Part shown: positions 36,477 through 48,207 of the stretch, piece by piece
How positions within the stretch are numbered: position 1 is the stretch's first letter
How the letters are laid out: the number at the start of each line of letters is the position of its first letter
Position numbers and translations under genes: made by a program
The notes under the pieces: model-generated
Told to the model about the DNA's origin: nothing
Database searches by the model: none
The model's input: the letters and a program-made list of their open reading frames with translations, nothing else
Origin: a candidate division WOR-3 bacterium
GTDB taxonomy: Bacteria; Hydrothermota; Tepidihabitantia; B3-TA06
Direction: 5' to 3'
NCBI GenBank assembly: GCA_965649265.1
Contig: CBFGKC010000002.1
Coordinates: forward strand, 1-60,644
DNA: 60,644 nt

Positions 36477-37354
36477 TTTTCGTCTTCCGAGAACTTGAAC
36501 CACCCTGAACTCAGATGGACAAGCCATCCGTCTTCAAATGCCACAATTCCAATGACGGCCTCGTCTTCTGATGAAAGCAATTGTGTAAAGGTGTGATTGG
36601 AGAGGTCTCCATAATTAAACACTAGCAGTTTAAGGGTTCTTTCATCTTTCATGGCGACAAGGAGTTGTTCGCCCGTCCTTGAGAAACAAACGTGCTTAGG
36701 CGAGGACTCGAGCAAGCGAAGATCGTATACCCTGTGCCCTTTGTTATAGTCATATATCTCTATGCCTGCTTGAGTAAGTACTGCAATTCTATTGCCGTCT
36801 TGCGAAAAGTCTATTTGCCGCACATAGGGATTTGAGAGGTCGATCCGCGCCAGGTTCTCATCGCCTTTGTAAACAAAAAGGAAATCGGCGTTCGTCATTG
36901 CGACTCTATCCCCAAGATCGTCTAGGGCCATACCGTTGAAAACCCCGGCATATTGATTAAGAAGTTTTCCATCGAGAGCAAAAAGACTTAAACCCGATCT
37001 GGAACGTATAAGTATCCTCTCACGGTCGTCGGAAACTTCAAAACCTGAGAAGTAAGCTACTTTAGAAGTATTTACGATCTTTCCGCTGTAATCAAGGAAA
37101 TCAAGAGAGATTCTGGATGCCTCCGGAGCCAGTTCACGAATCATCAATGCACACCCTTTGTTCAGCGGTACAAGCGAAGCGGGCTGGTTGACTTCAATAC
37201 TCCACTTAACTTTGCCCGATTTATCAAGCAAGCTGAAGTCCTCTACACTCCCGCTAAGAGGATTCTCCCTAGACCACTTCGTTTCCACGGAGTAGTCCTC
37301 ACAACGTGCTTCAACAGGTAGCCATAGAGCAAATATCCATGGGATAATTACCAC
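36473..37354 (-). CDS. Hypothetical exported beta-propeller protein
   Basis: FSQDGNRIAV and FSRTGEQLLV type repeats; in operon. Confidence 0.6.
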   Translation of the reverse strand: MVIIPWIFALWLPVEARCEDYSVETKWSRENPLSGSVEDFSLLDKSGKVKWSIEVNQPASLVPLNKGCALMIRELAPEASRISLDFLDYSGKIVNTSKVAYFSGFEVSDDRERILIRSRSGLSLFALDGKLLNQYAGVFNGMALDDLGDRVAMTNADFLFVYKGDENLARIDLSNPYVRQIDFSQDGNRIAVLTQAGIEIYDYNKGHRVYDLRLLESSPKHVCFSRTGEQLLVAMKDERTLKLLVFNYGDLSNHTFTQLLSSEDEAVIGIVAFEDGWLVHLSSGWFKFSEDEK

Positions 37355-38158
37355 TCATCCTCCTTCGCTCTCGCGCTCTCTTACATATCTTATAAAGTCA
37401 TCTACGATATCGCCAGAGGAGGGTTTTTTGTATTTTTCAAACTCATCGGCAACCTTCGCCCACTCGAGAAGTAAAGGAGTAATAGCTAGCTTCTCCTCGG
37501 TATCCACGGTTTCACAAGGATTGAAGGTAAACCTTCCGTCGGTCCATGCGAGGGCAGTGAACACGGCAAGCTTACCCTTCTTTTTTCCACAAGACGCTTT
37601 TACAACTTCGCCGCGAGATATGAGTATTATTGACTCCTGATCTTGTGAACTAGTGGTCAGCACCCCTGTCTTTTGACCAAGTTCGAGTATTTGCAGAATA
37701 TCAATCAGATTTCGACCGGCAAGACTGCCCTCCAGGTTTCCCTCAGATGGAGAACCTTGTTTTACCGAATCCAGCCAGCGCAAGCGGGCATCAACACGCG
37801 CAAGAAGTTTATCTACATCAAAAGGTTTCGTGATGTAATCATCCGCACCTATCGTCAAACCTTCGATTTCATCCTCCCGGGCGTCCTTTGCAGTCAGGAA
37901 TATGAATCTTACGGATCCAAATCGGCCGTCTGCCCGGATGTTCCTGCAGAGTTCGAAACCATCCATCTCCGGCATTGCAACATCCGCAATAACAAGATGA
38001 GGATTAAAGCTCGGAATCTGCCTCAGGGCATCGCGGCCGTTCACTGCCGTTTGAACTTCATACCCTTTCTCTCGAAGTACCCTTTCAAGTATGGTTCTGA
38101 GCCTTGCCTCGTCATCCACTATCAGGACCCTTTTGGGTATCGGGGTTTTTTTTGTCAT
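37355..38158 (-). CDS. Response regulator (REC + DUF4388/PatA-like)
   Basis: LIVDD, ADVAMPEMDG, DYITKPF; GSL....LIDILQ.L....KTG.L...W.DG.F. Confidence 0.9.
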   Translation of the reverse strand: MTKKTPIPKRVLIVDDEARLRTILERVLREKGYEVQTAVNGRDALRQIPSFNPHLVIADVAMPEMDGFELCRNIRADGRFGSVRFIFLTAKDAREDEIEGLTIGADDYITKPFDVDKLLARVDARLRWLDSVKQGSPSEGNLEGSLAGRNLIDILQILELGQKTGVLTTSSQDQESIILISRGEVVKASCGKKKGKLAVFTALAWTDGRFTFNPCETVDTEEKLAITPLLLEWAKVADEFEKYKKPSSGDIVDDFIRYVRERESEGG

Positions 38159-39891
38159 GATCTGCCTCTTTTGGGTAAATAAACAGAAAATTTCGATCCT
38201 TTCTCGTATTCACTCTCCACCTCAATTCTTCCCCTCTGGGCTTCTACAAATTGTTTAGTTACTGCAAGACCGAGACCAATGCCTTCGACACTTGATCCGG
38301 GCACCCTGTAGAAGGGCGTGAATATCTTTTCCAGATCTTGCGGCTTTATGCCAATACCCGTATCTTCTATGCAAACGCAGACGTAATCATGATCCGAACC
38401 ATCAGTCTCGATAAAAACACTACCATTATCTTTGTTGTATTTCAAGGCATTGCTGATGATATTCAGAAGCGCTTGCCTCCACCTGGATACGTCTCCCCAT
38501 GCAATGGAACTTCCAGTAGACGAAAGCTCAAATCTGATGTGTCGTTCGGAGGCGGCCTTTGAAAAAGAATCCAGAATGGACTGGATGAGAAGATCTACGT
38601 CAAAACTTACCGCATTCCACTCCATTTTACCTTGCTCAAGCCGTGCAAGATTAAGCAAGTTCTCAATGAGTTCGTTCAAGTTATCTACCTCGCTCAGGAT
38701 TACATCCAGTTGCTCAGTCACCTCTTCCTCAGTCAGAGATAAATTGTTCTTAAGAAACCAGCTATAGCTCTTTATAACCGCGAGTGGTGTTCGCAATTCG
38801 TGGGAAAGAGCTGAAACCATTCTGGACTTTGCTAGATTCTGTTCGCATGCCTGTTCGAATAACTGGGCTTTAGAAATTGCCATTGCAGCTTGCTGAGCAT
38901 AAATAGTTAAGAGTCTTAAGTCTTCCTCCTTGAATGCATTCAAAAGAGGAGATTCAAGATCCAGTACCCCGATAAGTCTACCCTCGGCGACCATAGGTAC
39001 TGCGAGTTCCGACGATACCTCATGTAATCCTTTTATGTAGCGCGGGTCGTGAGGGGCATCATTGATGAGCAGTGCCGAACGCCCCTTTGCTGCGTGGCCT
39101 GTTATACCAACACCCAGGGGGATTTCCTTGTGGACGACTTCCTCAAGAAAGCTCTTCGACGCCGCCTTCACTCGTAACACCTGATCATCAGGGTCATAAA
39201 GAACAATCGCCGAGTATGCAGGAGCATAAATGTCGGAAAGAATGTTGACAATCTCGGAAAGAAGCTCGTCAAGACCCACGCTCGATTGAAGTTTAAGCAT
39301 CAATCTGTAAAGCCGGTTGCGCTGAACCATCCGACCCTCGAGGTTATCAACAAGCCTTATGCTTTCAAGGGCGATGCCTATTTGCCTGGAAACCGCTGTA
39401 AGTGTAGTTACTAAATGTGAGTCGAATCCCCCTTCGGAGCGGGTAAAAATCTCAAGCACCGCGATGACGTGTTCTTTCGCCCTCAACGGCAAGGCCAGTA
39501 TTGACTTTACGCCCATAGCTACCAGTTCCCCACCGTATCCCAAACCTTCCTTTACAGTAAAGCTTATAGTCTCTCCGGATTGTGCGCTGTATCCTGCAAG
39601 GCCTTCTCCAAAGCGTCTTGACTTGACTTTTTCCACTAAACTCGGCGGCAGTCCGATACTTTGGTAGGTTTCGAGTGTTCCTGTCCGCTCGTTAGCTAGC
39701 CTGAATACCCCTCCGTAAGCTCCTGAGAATTCTATAACGGCCTTGAATATCTGGTCAACGACATCGGCAAGGTCTTGCGCTTCAGCCAAAATGCATGTCA
39801 ACCGATCCCGAAATTCTATATCTTCCTTAAACCCTGCGAGTGGTGATTTCTCACTTTTTTTAACGAATTGCGCAGTGGAGCGCAGGGACAT
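38155..39891 (-). CDS. Cytoplasmic GAF-GAF sensor histidine kinase
   Basis: Two GAF domains (GEGLAG, GVGITG, SELAVP); SHELRTPL, NIISNALKY, DTGIG, GLGL. Confidence 0.92.
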   Translation of the reverse strand: MSLRSTAQFVKKSEKSPLAGFKEDIEFRDRLTCILAEAQDLADVVDQIFKAVIEFSGAYGGVFRLANERTGTLETYQSIGLPPSLVEKVKSRRFGEGLAGYSAQSGETISFTVKEGLGYGGELVAMGVKSILALPLRAKEHVIAVLEIFTRSEGGFDSHLVTTLTAVSRQIGIALESIRLVDNLEGRMVQRNRLYRLMLKLQSSVGLDELLSEIVNILSDIYAPAYSAIVLYDPDDQVLRVKAASKSFLEEVVHKEIPLGVGITGHAAKGRSALLINDAPHDPRYIKGLHEVSSELAVPMVAEGRLIGVLDLESPLLNAFKEEDLRLLTIYAQQAAMAISKAQLFEQACEQNLAKSRMVSALSHELRTPLAVIKSYSWFLKNNLSLTEEEVTEQLDVILSEVDNLNELIENLLNLARLEQGKMEWNAVSFDVDLLIQSILDSFSKAASERHIRFELSSTGSSIAWGDVSRWRQALLNIISNALKYNKDNGSVFIETDGSDHDYVCVCIEDTGIGIKPQDLEKIFTPFYRVPGSSVEGIGLGLAVTKQFVEAQRGRIEVESEYEKGSKFSVYLPKRGRS

Positions 39892-39893
39892 GA

Positions 39894-42155
39894 TTAGAAA
39901 GACCGACTGATCTGGAAATGAGGATGGAATATCTCTGAAAGCTTGGTCCCTGCAGGGTAGTCGAGCCCGAATCCCGCGTCAAACCCAAGCACGCCGACCA
40001 TTGGGACCTCGAATCTGATACCGACTCCGGTTCCTTTATTTAGTTCCGAGAAATTGACCTGATCAAGGCTTTCCCAAGCATCCCCAGCGTCAAAAAAACC
40101 TATTATGGCAATCTGGGAAGTGATTTTCACCTTCAATTCCGTGTTAAAGACAGACATCACTTTGCCGCCTACAAGGGCACCGTTTACGACGGTCCCTAGA
40201 GAATAATCATCGTATCCCCTGATAAATCCGTCATATGAGGTACCACCGGGTCGGTAACGTTCGTAAATAGGGATAGTGTCCGAAGCTCTATAACCCGTAA
40301 TATAACCCAAACGCATCTTTTGGGTAAGTACAATCCTCTTCTCCCAGGCCAAGGGGAAATTAATCTGAACATCCAGGTTCTCCTTGATGAAGGAAATATC
40401 CCCACCCAGAGGGCCTCCAGCGAATTCAATGGACTCGTTTACAAGTGACCCTGACGAAGGATTAGTCGTATTGTCGCGCGAATCCCTGACCAGATTCACT
40501 GTGGTGGAAATAGTCGTTTTAGGATACGACAAGGGATCGAATCCAAGAATAGGATCATTTGGAAACGGTCTCTTCGCCACACTGTCAATATAAATTCTAT
40601 CCACGGCAAAGGTCAACCCTCCGCGTGTGTAATCAAGGGGTAATGGACGGGAGACGGATACTGATCCGCCGAGCGATGTCTTGTTATATGCGGTTTTCGC
40701 CGCGTCATAGAGTTCTTTTTGTTCGGTAGTGTAATGTATTTCCCCACCTAGTGAGGTCGGGGTATCGAACAACCATGGTTCGGTTAATCCAATCGAAGCC
40801 TGTGTTGATGTCGCGCCCTTTTCTAACAAAAGATGACCGTTCTGTCCGCCGCCAAAGACGTTAGGATGACTCAGTTTAAGAGTACCCTGCAGTCCTTCTT
40901 CTTTCCCGGCATACTGCACACCAACGGAGATCTCACCAGATTGTTTTTCCTTAACAACGAAAACAAGATCAATAGAGCCTTGCTCACCCTCGACCTCTTC
41001 AGGATAGAAGCGTACATCCTCGAAAAGACCTGTATACATAATGTTACGCTGGCTTCTTTCAACCTTGGAGTACTTGAATATAGATCCTGGTAGAAGCGCA
41101 ATCTCACGTCTTATTGCGTTTTCGCGCACATTGTTGTTGCCCTTTATGACGATTCTTCTCACTGTCGCAGGGATGCCTTCAACTATATGAAACGCTACAT
41201 CGACTGTATCGTTCCTTAGAGTTTCAATAGGATCGACCGATGCGTAAATGTAACCCTCTTCCCAGTAAGCCCTGCGAATACGATCCACGGACAGTTTTGA
41301 CAGGGAAAGGCTATAGGGTTTGGATTTTTCGAGGACGACAGCTTTCGTCAAGATCGACTCAGGTAACACTTCACGGCCCTCAAAAACAAATGTACCGGTA
41401 TAGTATTTCCTTCCCTCGTTCACGTGAATTACGATGTTTAATTGTCCTAGTGAATCTATGGGAAGCTCAGTTTCCGTAACCTTTGCGTCAATCCAACCCC
41501 TGTCCTGATAGAAGGCTTCAATTTTTTCGACATCCTGCTTGAATTTCTGATCATCAAAGCGTCCAGAGCGAAGTATGAACCACTTGGGCCTGTTTTTCAT
41601 AAGCCTTTCAAGACGAATTGAAGGTATCTCCTTGTTCCCAACAAAAGAAATAGTGTAGATGTGAACGCCCTTGCCTTCTTCTATTTCTATCCGTGCGACG
41701 GAGAAGCCCGGTTTGTCGGATTCAATCAATTTGGTCGTAATCTTGGCAAGAAGATAATTCTTCTTCTTGTATTGCTCCCTGACTTTGCGCTCCCAATCAA
41801 ACAGCTGCCTCGCAGTCAGAACAGCGTTTGAATCAGCTGCAATCTCTTTAAGGAGAGCGTTGGTTTTTATCTTTCGATTTCCCGCGATCTCGAGTCTGGC
41901 AAGTTTCGGTGGCTGCTCAACCTGAATTGTAATGTCGATTTTGGAATCCACCAACGATGTGTCTATTGCAACGTAATCAAAGTAACCGGTCTGATAAAGC
42001 TTTTTCAATGCATCGGGAACCTGAGTCTCATCGTATTGAGAACCTATCGTTAATCCGGAGATAGTTGTTACATACTGGGCGTTTGCAGTCGAAGGAAGTA
42101 CCCTTATATCTCCTATCGGCAGGGCAAAGATCAGGATAGAAGATATAAGAATCAT
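39894..42155 (-). CDS. bamA: Outer membrane protein assembly factor BamA
   Basis: POTRA repeats, NVFGGGQ, TEPWLF, IRGY, terminal Phe. Confidence 0.93.
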   Translation of the reverse strand: MILISSILIFALPIGDIRVLPSTANAQYVTTISGLTIGSQYDETQVPDALKKLYQTGYFDYVAIDTSLVDSKIDITIQVEQPPKLARLEIAGNRKIKTNALLKEIAADSNAVLTARQLFDWERKVREQYKKKNYLLAKITTKLIESDKPGFSVARIEIEEGKGVHIYTISFVGNKEIPSIRLERLMKNRPKWFILRSGRFDDQKFKQDVEKIEAFYQDRGWIDAKVTETELPIDSLGQLNIVIHVNEGRKYYTGTFVFEGREVLPESILTKAVVLEKSKPYSLSLSKLSVDRIRRAYWEEGYIYASVDPIETLRNDTVDVAFHIVEGIPATVRRIVIKGNNNVRENAIRREIALLPGSIFKYSKVERSQRNIMYTGLFEDVRFYPEEVEGEQGSIDLVFVVKEKQSGEISVGVQYAGKEEGLQGTLKLSHPNVFGGGQNGHLLLEKGATSTQASIGLTEPWLFDTPTSLGGEIHYTTEQKELYDAAKTAYNKTSLGGSVSVSRPLPLDYTRGGLTFAVDRIYIDSVAKRPFPNDPILGFDPLSYPKTTISTTVNLVRDSRDNTTNPSSGSLVNESIEFAGGPLGGDISFIKENLDVQINFPLAWEKRIVLTQKMRLGYITGYRASDTIPIYERYRPGGTSYDGFIRGYDDYSLGTVVNGALVGGKVMSVFNTELKVKITSQIAIIGFFDAGDAWESLDQVNFSELNKGTGVGIRFEVPMVGVLGFDAGFGLDYPAGTKLSEIFHPHFQISRSF

Positions 42156-44560
42156 ACTATGGTATCGAAAACCAGTTTCTCGCCCGAGCGATGGATCGTG
42201 ATTTCCTTGCCTTGCTCAAGTTTTTTCCTAAGTATCTCTTCCGAAAGCGGGTCTTCAAGAAGTCTTCTAAGTGCTCGTTTTAATGGTCTGGCCCCGTACT
42301 TGGCGTCAAAGCCTTGCTCAACAAGTAGTTCCCTGCTCTCTTCATCGAGTTTGAGAGTAAGCCCCTTGTCCTTCAAACGCTCTTCGACTTCGCTTATGAG
42401 GATATCGACTATCTTGAGCATGGCCGCTCTCTCTAGCGGTCTGAAAACAACTATTTCATCCACACGATTGAGAAATTCGGGGCGGAAGATTTTCTTCACT
42501 TCTTCAAGGAGTCTTTCCTTCATCCGTTCATAATTCTCTTCTGTGTTCTCTCGCGAAAAACCAAGGGGACCCGAGTTCTGAATATCTGAGGTTCCTATGT
42601 TTGAGGTCATTATTATAACCGTGTTCTTGAAATCCACCTTGCGACCGAGGGAATCGGTGACCTGACCGTCTTCCATTATCTGCAGAAGGACATTGAAAAC
42701 ATCGGGATGGGCTTTTTCTATCTCGTCGAAGAGAACGACCGCATACGGCCTGCGTCTAACGCGTTCGGTGAGCTGACCACCTTCATCATATCCAACGTAG
42801 CCAGGAGGGGCTCCAATGAGTCTTGATACGTTGAACTTTTCCATATACTCGGACATGTCGATGCGGACCAGGGCATTCTCATCGCTGAAAAGAAAACGCG
42901 CAAGGGTCCGGGCAAGCTCGGTCTTGCCTACACCGGTCGGACCGAGGAAGATGAACGAACCTATGGGTCTTCGAGGATCCTTTACGCCCGCACGCGAACG
43001 CCTGATTGCTCGAGCAACGGCGGAAAGTGCGTTCTCCTGTCCGACGATGCGCTTGCCGATCTCATGCTCCATGTTGAGAAGCCGGTTGGTCTCTTCCTCC
43101 TCAAGCTTGGACAGAGGAATGGAGGTCCAATTAGATACAACATAAGCAACCTCTTCCGGAGTCACCAGAGGATACTCCCCCTTGCTTTCCAATTCATCCT
43201 GTTTCTCCCGCAGGGCCTCCTTAAGGCTCTTCTCCTCGTCGCGAAGATGTGCCGCCTCCTCGAAACGCTGCTCGGTTACGGATTTTTCTTTGCGGCGATT
43301 AAGCTCGGCTATGCGTTCCTCAATCTCGGCTATCTCGGGTGAGAGAACCGGATGAAGAAGCTTTACCCTGGCACCTGCCTCATCAATAACGTCTATTGCT
43401 TTGTCCGGAAGCTGGCGGTCGGATATGTAGCGGTCTGAAAAGAAAACCGCCGACCTTAAAGCATCTTCGGTGTAACGCACCCTGTGATGTTCCTCGTACT
43501 TCTCCTTGAGACCATGAAGTATCTTGATTGTATCAGAGACAGACGGTGATTCAACGGTGACCGGCTGAAAACGCCTCTCGAGCGCAGTGTGTTTTTCTAT
43601 GTACTTGCGATATTCCTCAAGAGTGGTCGCGCCGACACACTGAAGCTCACCTCTTGCAAGCGCTGGTTTGAGGATGTTGGATGCATCAATAGCTCCTTCG
43701 GCGGCACCCGCACCGACTATCGTATGGAGCTCATCCACGAAAAGGATAACATCATCGACCGAGGCTATTTCCTTGAGAATACCCTTGAGACGTTCCTCGA
43801 ACTGGCCACGGTACTTGGTTCCGGCCACGATTGACGCCATATCGAGCGCGAGGATACGCGAACGCCTGAGCGCCAGGGGGACCTCCCCCGCCACAATCTT
43901 TTGAGCAAGACCCTCAACGATCGCGGTCTTTCCCACGCCAGCCTCACCTATGAGAACCGGATTGTTCTTCTTACGGCGTGAAAGGATCTGAACAACACGT
44001 TCTATCTCCTTCTCCCTGCCAATTATTGGATCGAGCTTGCCTTCGACGGCAAGCTGTGTCAGATCGCGTGAGAAGTGGTCCAGAAGCGGTGTCTTCGACT
44101 TCTTCTTACGCTCCTTGCCTACATCGACACCCATCATGCGGCCAATCTCGTCTTTGACCGTTTCGAGGTCAAGTCCCATGCCGCCCATTACCTGAGAAGC
44201 AGTGCTGGCCTCCGACCGAAGAATCCCCAGAAGGACATGTTCGGTACCGACGTAGTTGTGGTTCATGGTTCGGGATTCCTCAATGGCGTAGTTGATGACC
44301 GCACGCGCCTCCTCATCGAACGGTATCTCGTTAAAGGGAACGGTTACGTTCCCCTCTTCAAGGGAGGCAAGTAGATTTTCTCTGACTTCATCTAGATTTA
44401 CGGCAAGATTTGTAAGTACTGTCGCGGCCGCGCTCTCCTTCTCCTCAATTAAAGCAAGAAGTATGTGCTCGGGCCCCACGTGATCGTGTCTGAGTCTTAT
44501 AGCTTCACGCCTGGCATTGTTAAATATACGCCTTACGCGCTGGGTGAACTGTTCATACAT
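42152..44560 (-). CDS. clpC: ATP-dependent Clp protease ATP-binding subunit ClpC
   Basis: Clp-N repeats, [11 protein letters not shown] coil, [19 protein letters not shown]. Confidence 0.95.
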   Translation of the reverse strand: MYEQFTQRVRRIFNNARREAIRLRHDHVGPEHILLALIEEKESAAATVLTNLAVNLDEVRENLLASLEEGNVTVPFNEIPFDEEARAVINYAIEESRTMNHNYVGTEHVLLGILRSEASTASQVMGGMGLDLETVKDEIGRMMGVDVGKERKKKSKTPLLDHFSRDLTQLAVEGKLDPIIGREKEIERVVQILSRRKKNNPVLIGEAGVGKTAIVEGLAQKIVAGEVPLALRRSRILALDMASIVAGTKYRGQFEERLKGILKEIASVDDVILFVDELHTIVGAGAAEGAIDASNILKPALARGELQCVGATTLEEYRKYIEKHTALERRFQPVTVESPSVSDTIKILHGLKEKYEEHHRVRYTEDALRSAVFFSDRYISDRQLPDKAIDVIDEAGARVKLLHPVLSPEIAEIEERIAELNRRKEKSVTEQRFEEAAHLRDEEKSLKEALREKQDELESKGEYPLVTPEEVAYVVSNWTSIPLSKLEEEETNRLLNMEHEIGKRIVGQENALSAVARAIRRSRAGVKDPRRPIGSFIFLGPTGVGKTELARTLARFLFSDENALVRIDMSEYMEKFNVSRLIGAPPGYVGYDEGGQLTERVRRRPYAVVLFDEIEKAHPDVFNVLLQIMEDGQVTDSLGRKVDFKNTVIIMTSNIGTSDIQNSGPLGFSRENTEENYERMKERLLEEVKKIFRPEFLNRVDEIVVFRPLERAAMLKIVDILISEVEERLKDKGLTLKLDEESRELLVEQGFDAKYGARPLKRALRRLLEDPLSEEILRKKLEQGKEITIHRSGEKLVFDTIV

Positions 44561-44608
44561 ATTGTCGGCCTCTCACCTTAAAGAAGACGCAAAATGCGTA
44601 AGAAAGGT

Positions 44609-44914
44609 TTACTTCCCAGGCTCAATTGACGTGACTTCCAGTTCTGTAAGCGACGGTTTAAAACCTATCTTGCGGCGATAATCCTTGCGTCTCTTGAATT
44701 TGAAAACTATCACCTTTTTGCCCTGTTTGTGCTCAAGAACAAGAGCCTTGACCTTGGCCTTCGGGGCAACGACCATCTCCTCGCCATCCTTAAGTAATTT
44801 GACATTAGAAAATTCAAGCTCGGTGCCTTTTTCCTGGGTAATACGCGGAACCTTTATTCTATCACCTTGTTTTACCTTATAATCGAATCCCGCTATTTCA
44901 ACTACTGCATACAT
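44609..44914 (-). CDS. rplU: 50S ribosomal protein L21
   Basis: MYAVVE..G..YKV..GD, KVIVFKFKRRKDYRRKIG. Confidence 0.95.
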   Translation of the reverse strand: MYAVVEIAGFDYKVKQGDRIKVPRITQEKGTELEFSNVKLLKDGEEMVVAPKAKVKALVLEHKQGKKVIVFKFKRRKDYRRKIGFKPSLTELEVTSIEPGK

Positions 44915-44916
44915 TA

Positions 44917-45321
44917 TTACTTTCCTCCTTTTACGCCGGAATCAGTAGGTATTACAAGCCCGGGCTGTGTTTCAGTCTCATTTACCTGGCCCTGGCCTTG
45001 AGCCTGTCCAGTGGTCTGCGCTGATTGAGGTCTATTTATCAAAGGCTTGGAGGATGACCTTACCGCCCCTGTGGGAATAAGCAAAAGCGCAAGTGTCGTG
45101 ACCATAAAAGCCGCTCCAAGAATCGCGGTTATACGCGTTATGAAGGGAGCAACACCTGACGAACCGAATATCTGTTCGGCTCCGCCTAGGCCGCCGCCAC
45201 CGCCGCCGCCAAAAACCCCGGCCATTCCGCCTTTTGTACGCTGCTGAATAAGTACCACTACTATCAGTAGTACACTTATCAGAAGATGAAGAACCAGAAC
45301 TACAATAAACAAGCCTTGCAT
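44917..45321 (-). CDS. secG: Preprotein translocase subunit SecG
   Basis: LI.VVLIQ..KGG..G.FGG, TRIT.ILG..F; follows tpiA. Confidence 0.92.
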   Translation of the reverse strand: MQGLFIVVLVLHLLISVLLIVVVLIQQRTKGGMAGVFGGGGGGGLGGAEQIFGSSGVAPFITRITAILGAAFMVTTLALLLIPTGAVRSSSKPLINRPQSAQTTGQAQGQGQVNETETQPGLVIPTDSGVKGGK

Positions 45322-45323
45322 AA

Positions 45324-46082
45324 CTAGGCTATCCTCCTTTCGATAGCTCGAATTACAATACTAGCAAAGGAATCGGCGGAAAGGGAGGCTCCTCCGACCA
45401 GCGCTCCGTCTACTTCTTCGCACGACGCAAGCTCGGCCATGTTGTCAGGTTTAACGCTTCCTCCGTAGAGTACGCGTACCTTTGAAGCATCTTTGCCGAA
45501 TCCTTCTAACAATCTTTTCTTTATGAAGCGATGTGCAGCTTCTACATCTTTAATCTCCGCACGCCTTCCGGTTCCTATCGCCCACACTGGTTCATAAGCA
45601 ACGATCAATCCATCAATCTCTAGTCCCCCAAGAGCAACATCTATCTGCCGTTGCAAAACTTCTTCAGTCACACCCTTCAGTCGTTCATCTTCCCTCTCTC
45701 CTACACAAAGTATCCCCGTAATTCCTCCTTCCACCGCCCTTCTGAGTCTCTTAGCAACAACTTCATCAGACTCTCCAAAGATGTGCCTGCGTTCCGAATG
45801 CCCTATGATTGCGTATTTGCACCCAATCTCCTTAAGGGCATCAATCGACGTCTCGCCTGTGAATGCTCCCTCGCGTTCCCAGTGTAAGTTCTGGGCACCA
45901 AGAGCTATACTAGAGTCCTTCAAGACGTCGGCAACAGACATAAGCGATGTATCAGGAGGACATACGACAATATCCGCATTCTTTACCCCATCCAAACGAC
46001 CACATAACTCTTGGGCAAGAGTTCTGGCGGAAGACGGAGTCGTATACATCTTCCAGTTGCCGATGAGCGCAAGTCGCCTCAT
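45324..46082 (-). CDS. tpiA: Triose-phosphate isomerase
   Basis: GNWKM, GAFTGE, GHSERR, AYEPVWAIGTG, YGGSV, LVGGASL. Confidence 0.97.
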   Translation of the reverse strand: MRRLALIGNWKMYTTPSSARTLAQELCGRLDGVKNADIVVCPPDTSLMSVADVLKDSSIALGAQNLHWEREGAFTGETSIDALKEIGCKYAIIGHSERRHIFGESDEVVAKRLRRAVEGGITGILCVGEREDERLKGVTEEVLQRQIDVALGGLEIDGLIVAYEPVWAIGTGRRAEIKDVEAAHRFIKKRLLEGFGKDASKVRVLYGGSVKPDNMAELASCEEVDGALVGGASLSADSFASIVIRAIERRIA

Positions 46083-46124
46083 CATTGAATTATATGGTAG
46101 CCGAAGCCCGTGTCAAGCTAAGAA

Positions 46125-46164
46125 AAAAGAGACGTGGAATTACCCTGAATTCCACGTCTCTTTT
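46125..46164 (-). terminator. Terminator hairpin after porin gene
   Basis: 17-bp perfect stem AAAAGAGACGTGGAATT/AATTCCACGTCTCTTTT. Confidence 0.75.
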
Positions 46165-46206
46165 GAAGATTGAAACTCTATCCTTGATTAAAAAAGACAG
46201 AAACAG

Positions 46207-47217
46207 TTAGAACTTGACCTGCAGCTGTGCGATGATCTGGTCGTTGGCCACGGGGTTCGTTTCTTCGTTAATCATCCTGTAGCATAAAGCAAGTTTGAGT
46301 TTATTGTCCGGCAGAAAGTGGAAGTTGATTCCGCCGGTTATGGTATTCTCCGCATCACCTGTAGCTGAGGTGTTCGGATCGACCGCTTCATACCGCACGG
46401 CAGGTTGAATACCGTAAAAGAAAGGACACCCCAGTTTGAAGAGCCAGCCTGCCTCAGCGTAGTAGGTCATCGTCGATACGGTATCATCCACTCCACCCAT
46501 AAACTCTCCTGCAAGCCACAATGACCATGGTGTAAATGCCAGTTCGGCACCATAGCGGTTGTAGGAAGACAACATAGTATCCGGCCCCACATTACCCGCA
46601 AGATACGAGCCGCCAAGATGCAGGAATCCCCAAGGGTCAATGGAAAGCCTTGCGGCAACATCCTTGCCGGAGTTATCGTCCATCTTGTTTCTTCCGCTTC
46701 CGTTGAAGACACCAGCAGAAATGGAGATGAAAGCGAGCTTGCCTGAAAGGGCCAAACCGATATCACGATCGGCAAGAGCAAACTTTCCTGAACCGGAGGC
46801 GTAAGTTCTTTCAGGAAAGAGAATGCTTGAAGAAGAAGCAAGTTTCTCCATGCCTATCGGTACCCCGAACTGGCCAGCCCTTATCCCCAAAAAGCTGAAC
46901 GGTGTGATATCGATATAGGCATCGTACAGTTCGATGGATGAACCTGGAAGGGTAAGAAGAATCTTGTACGAAAGCCAGTGGCAGAAACCTCCGGAAGCCC
47001 CCACATACGCCCGGCGGATACGAAAGGAATTCTCCAAAGAACCCGCCGTATCAAAAGTAGCCTCCCAACGGGGCTGGAAGTAGCCCGAAAAGACAAGCGG
47101 CTTCTCCTGCTCTTTGCACTGCTCTTTTCCCTGCGGACAAGGGACATTTTGAGCGAAAAAGGGTGAGCTAATCAAAACACCCAGCATTGACACAAGCCCG
47201 GACAACTTAAGATTCAT
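46207..47217 (-). CDS. Phosphate-selective porin O/P-like outer membrane protein
   Basis: FRIRRAY, DAYID, RAGQF.VP.G.E, RDIG, GVFNG.G, terminal QVKF; start reassigned after AAGGAGG. Confidence 0.85.
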   Translation of the reverse strand: MNLKLSGLVSMLGVLISSPFFAQNVPCPQGKEQCKEQEKPLVFSGYFQPRWEATFDTAGSLENSFRIRRAYVGASGGFCHWLSYKILLTLPGSSIELYDAYIDITPFSFLGIRAGQFGVPIGMEKLASSSSILFPERTYASGSGKFALADRDIGLALSGKLAFISISAGVFNGSGRNKMDDNSGKDVAARLSIDPWGFLHLGGSYLAGNVGPDTMLSSYNRYGAELAFTPWSLWLAGEFMGGVDDTVSTMTYYAEAGWLFKLGCPFFYGIQPAVRYEAVDPNTSATGDAENTITGGINFHFLPDNKLKLALCYRMINEETNPVANDQIIAQLQVKF

Positions 47218-47334
47218 GCAATCCTCCTTTGGTTTTGCTGGCAGTCTAGCCGACTCGTGGATATTGTCAACACGAGCAATAAAAAAAAATCCTCCTAGTC
47301 TTGACATGAGCGGTCAAGCGAGTAGGCTCTAACG

Positions 47335-48204
47335 ATGTTTCGGAAAACAGGACTTATAGGCGCCGGGAATCTTGGCTTGAGCATAGGGTATGCTTTCAAA
47401 AAAGCAGGAATGGGTTTTTTCGGTGTCTACGATTCGAGTAAGGAGAGGGGTAACCGAGCCGCAGAGCTGCTTAGTTGTTCGGAGGTCGGGATGGATGAAC
47501 TCGCAAAGAACGCGGACCTCCTTCTTGTGGCCGTGCCCGACCGCTCGATTGCAGGAGTCTATCGGGAGATTAAAGATACCGTCAAGGAGGATATGTTGCT
47601 CGTTCATTTCTCAGGCTGCGTGACGAGTGACATTTTCGGGAAAGCGACCCTCAGGCTTTCCGCCCACCCGGCTCAGACTTTTCCGTATCCCAGACTGGAG
47701 GAGAGTAAAGAGAGCAAGAAGAAATTATTCAGGGATGTTTACTTCGCAATTGAAGGCACCTCAAGGGCGATTGAGCTTTTTGAGCCTGTCATCAAAAGCA
47801 TAGGTGGAAGACCTTTCATAATTTCAAAGGAAAACAAACCTTTGTACCATGCCATGTGTGTCGCTGCCTCAAACCTCCTAATAGGTCTTCTGAAAAGCGC
47901 TGAAGACCTCGGAAAGCAAATAGGGCTAAAGGATGAGCAGGCAAGGACGATTGCTCTGCATTTCGCACATGAGACGATTGCCAACGCCTTGAGCGAAAAC
48001 TCTCTTGTTACGGCGCTATCAGGACCAGTTGTTCGTGGTGACGCAGAGACTGTTGCCGAAAATCTTCGCACCCTTGCTAAGTTCCCTGTGGAAGGGGAGG
48101 TATACAGGTTACTCTCGATGAAGCTCTTGGAATTAGCTCTTCAAAAAGGCCTCCCTGTAGAGGAGGCCTCGAAACTGAGACGATTGTTGGAGAGCAGAGA
48201 GTAA
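47335..48204 (+). CDS. Rossmann-like + DUF2520 oxidoreductase (PanG-like)
   Basis: IGAGNLG, AVPD, HFSG, HPAQTF, YHA....SN, LSGPVVRGD. Confidence 0.85.
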   Translation: MFRKTGLIGAGNLGLSIGYAFKKAGMGFFGVYDSSKERGNRAAELLSCSEVGMDELAKNADLLLVAVPDRSIAGVYREIKDTVKEDMLLVHFSGCVTSDIFGKATLRLSAHPAQTFPYPRLEESKESKKKLFRDVYFAIEGTSRAIELFEPVIKSIGGRPFIISKENKPLYHAMCVAASNLLIGLLKSAEDLGKQIGLKDEQARTIALHFAHETIANALSENSLVTALSGPVVRGDAETVAENLRTLAKFPVEGEVYRLLSMKLLELALQKGLPVEEASKLRRLLESRE

Positions 48205-48207
48205 CCC

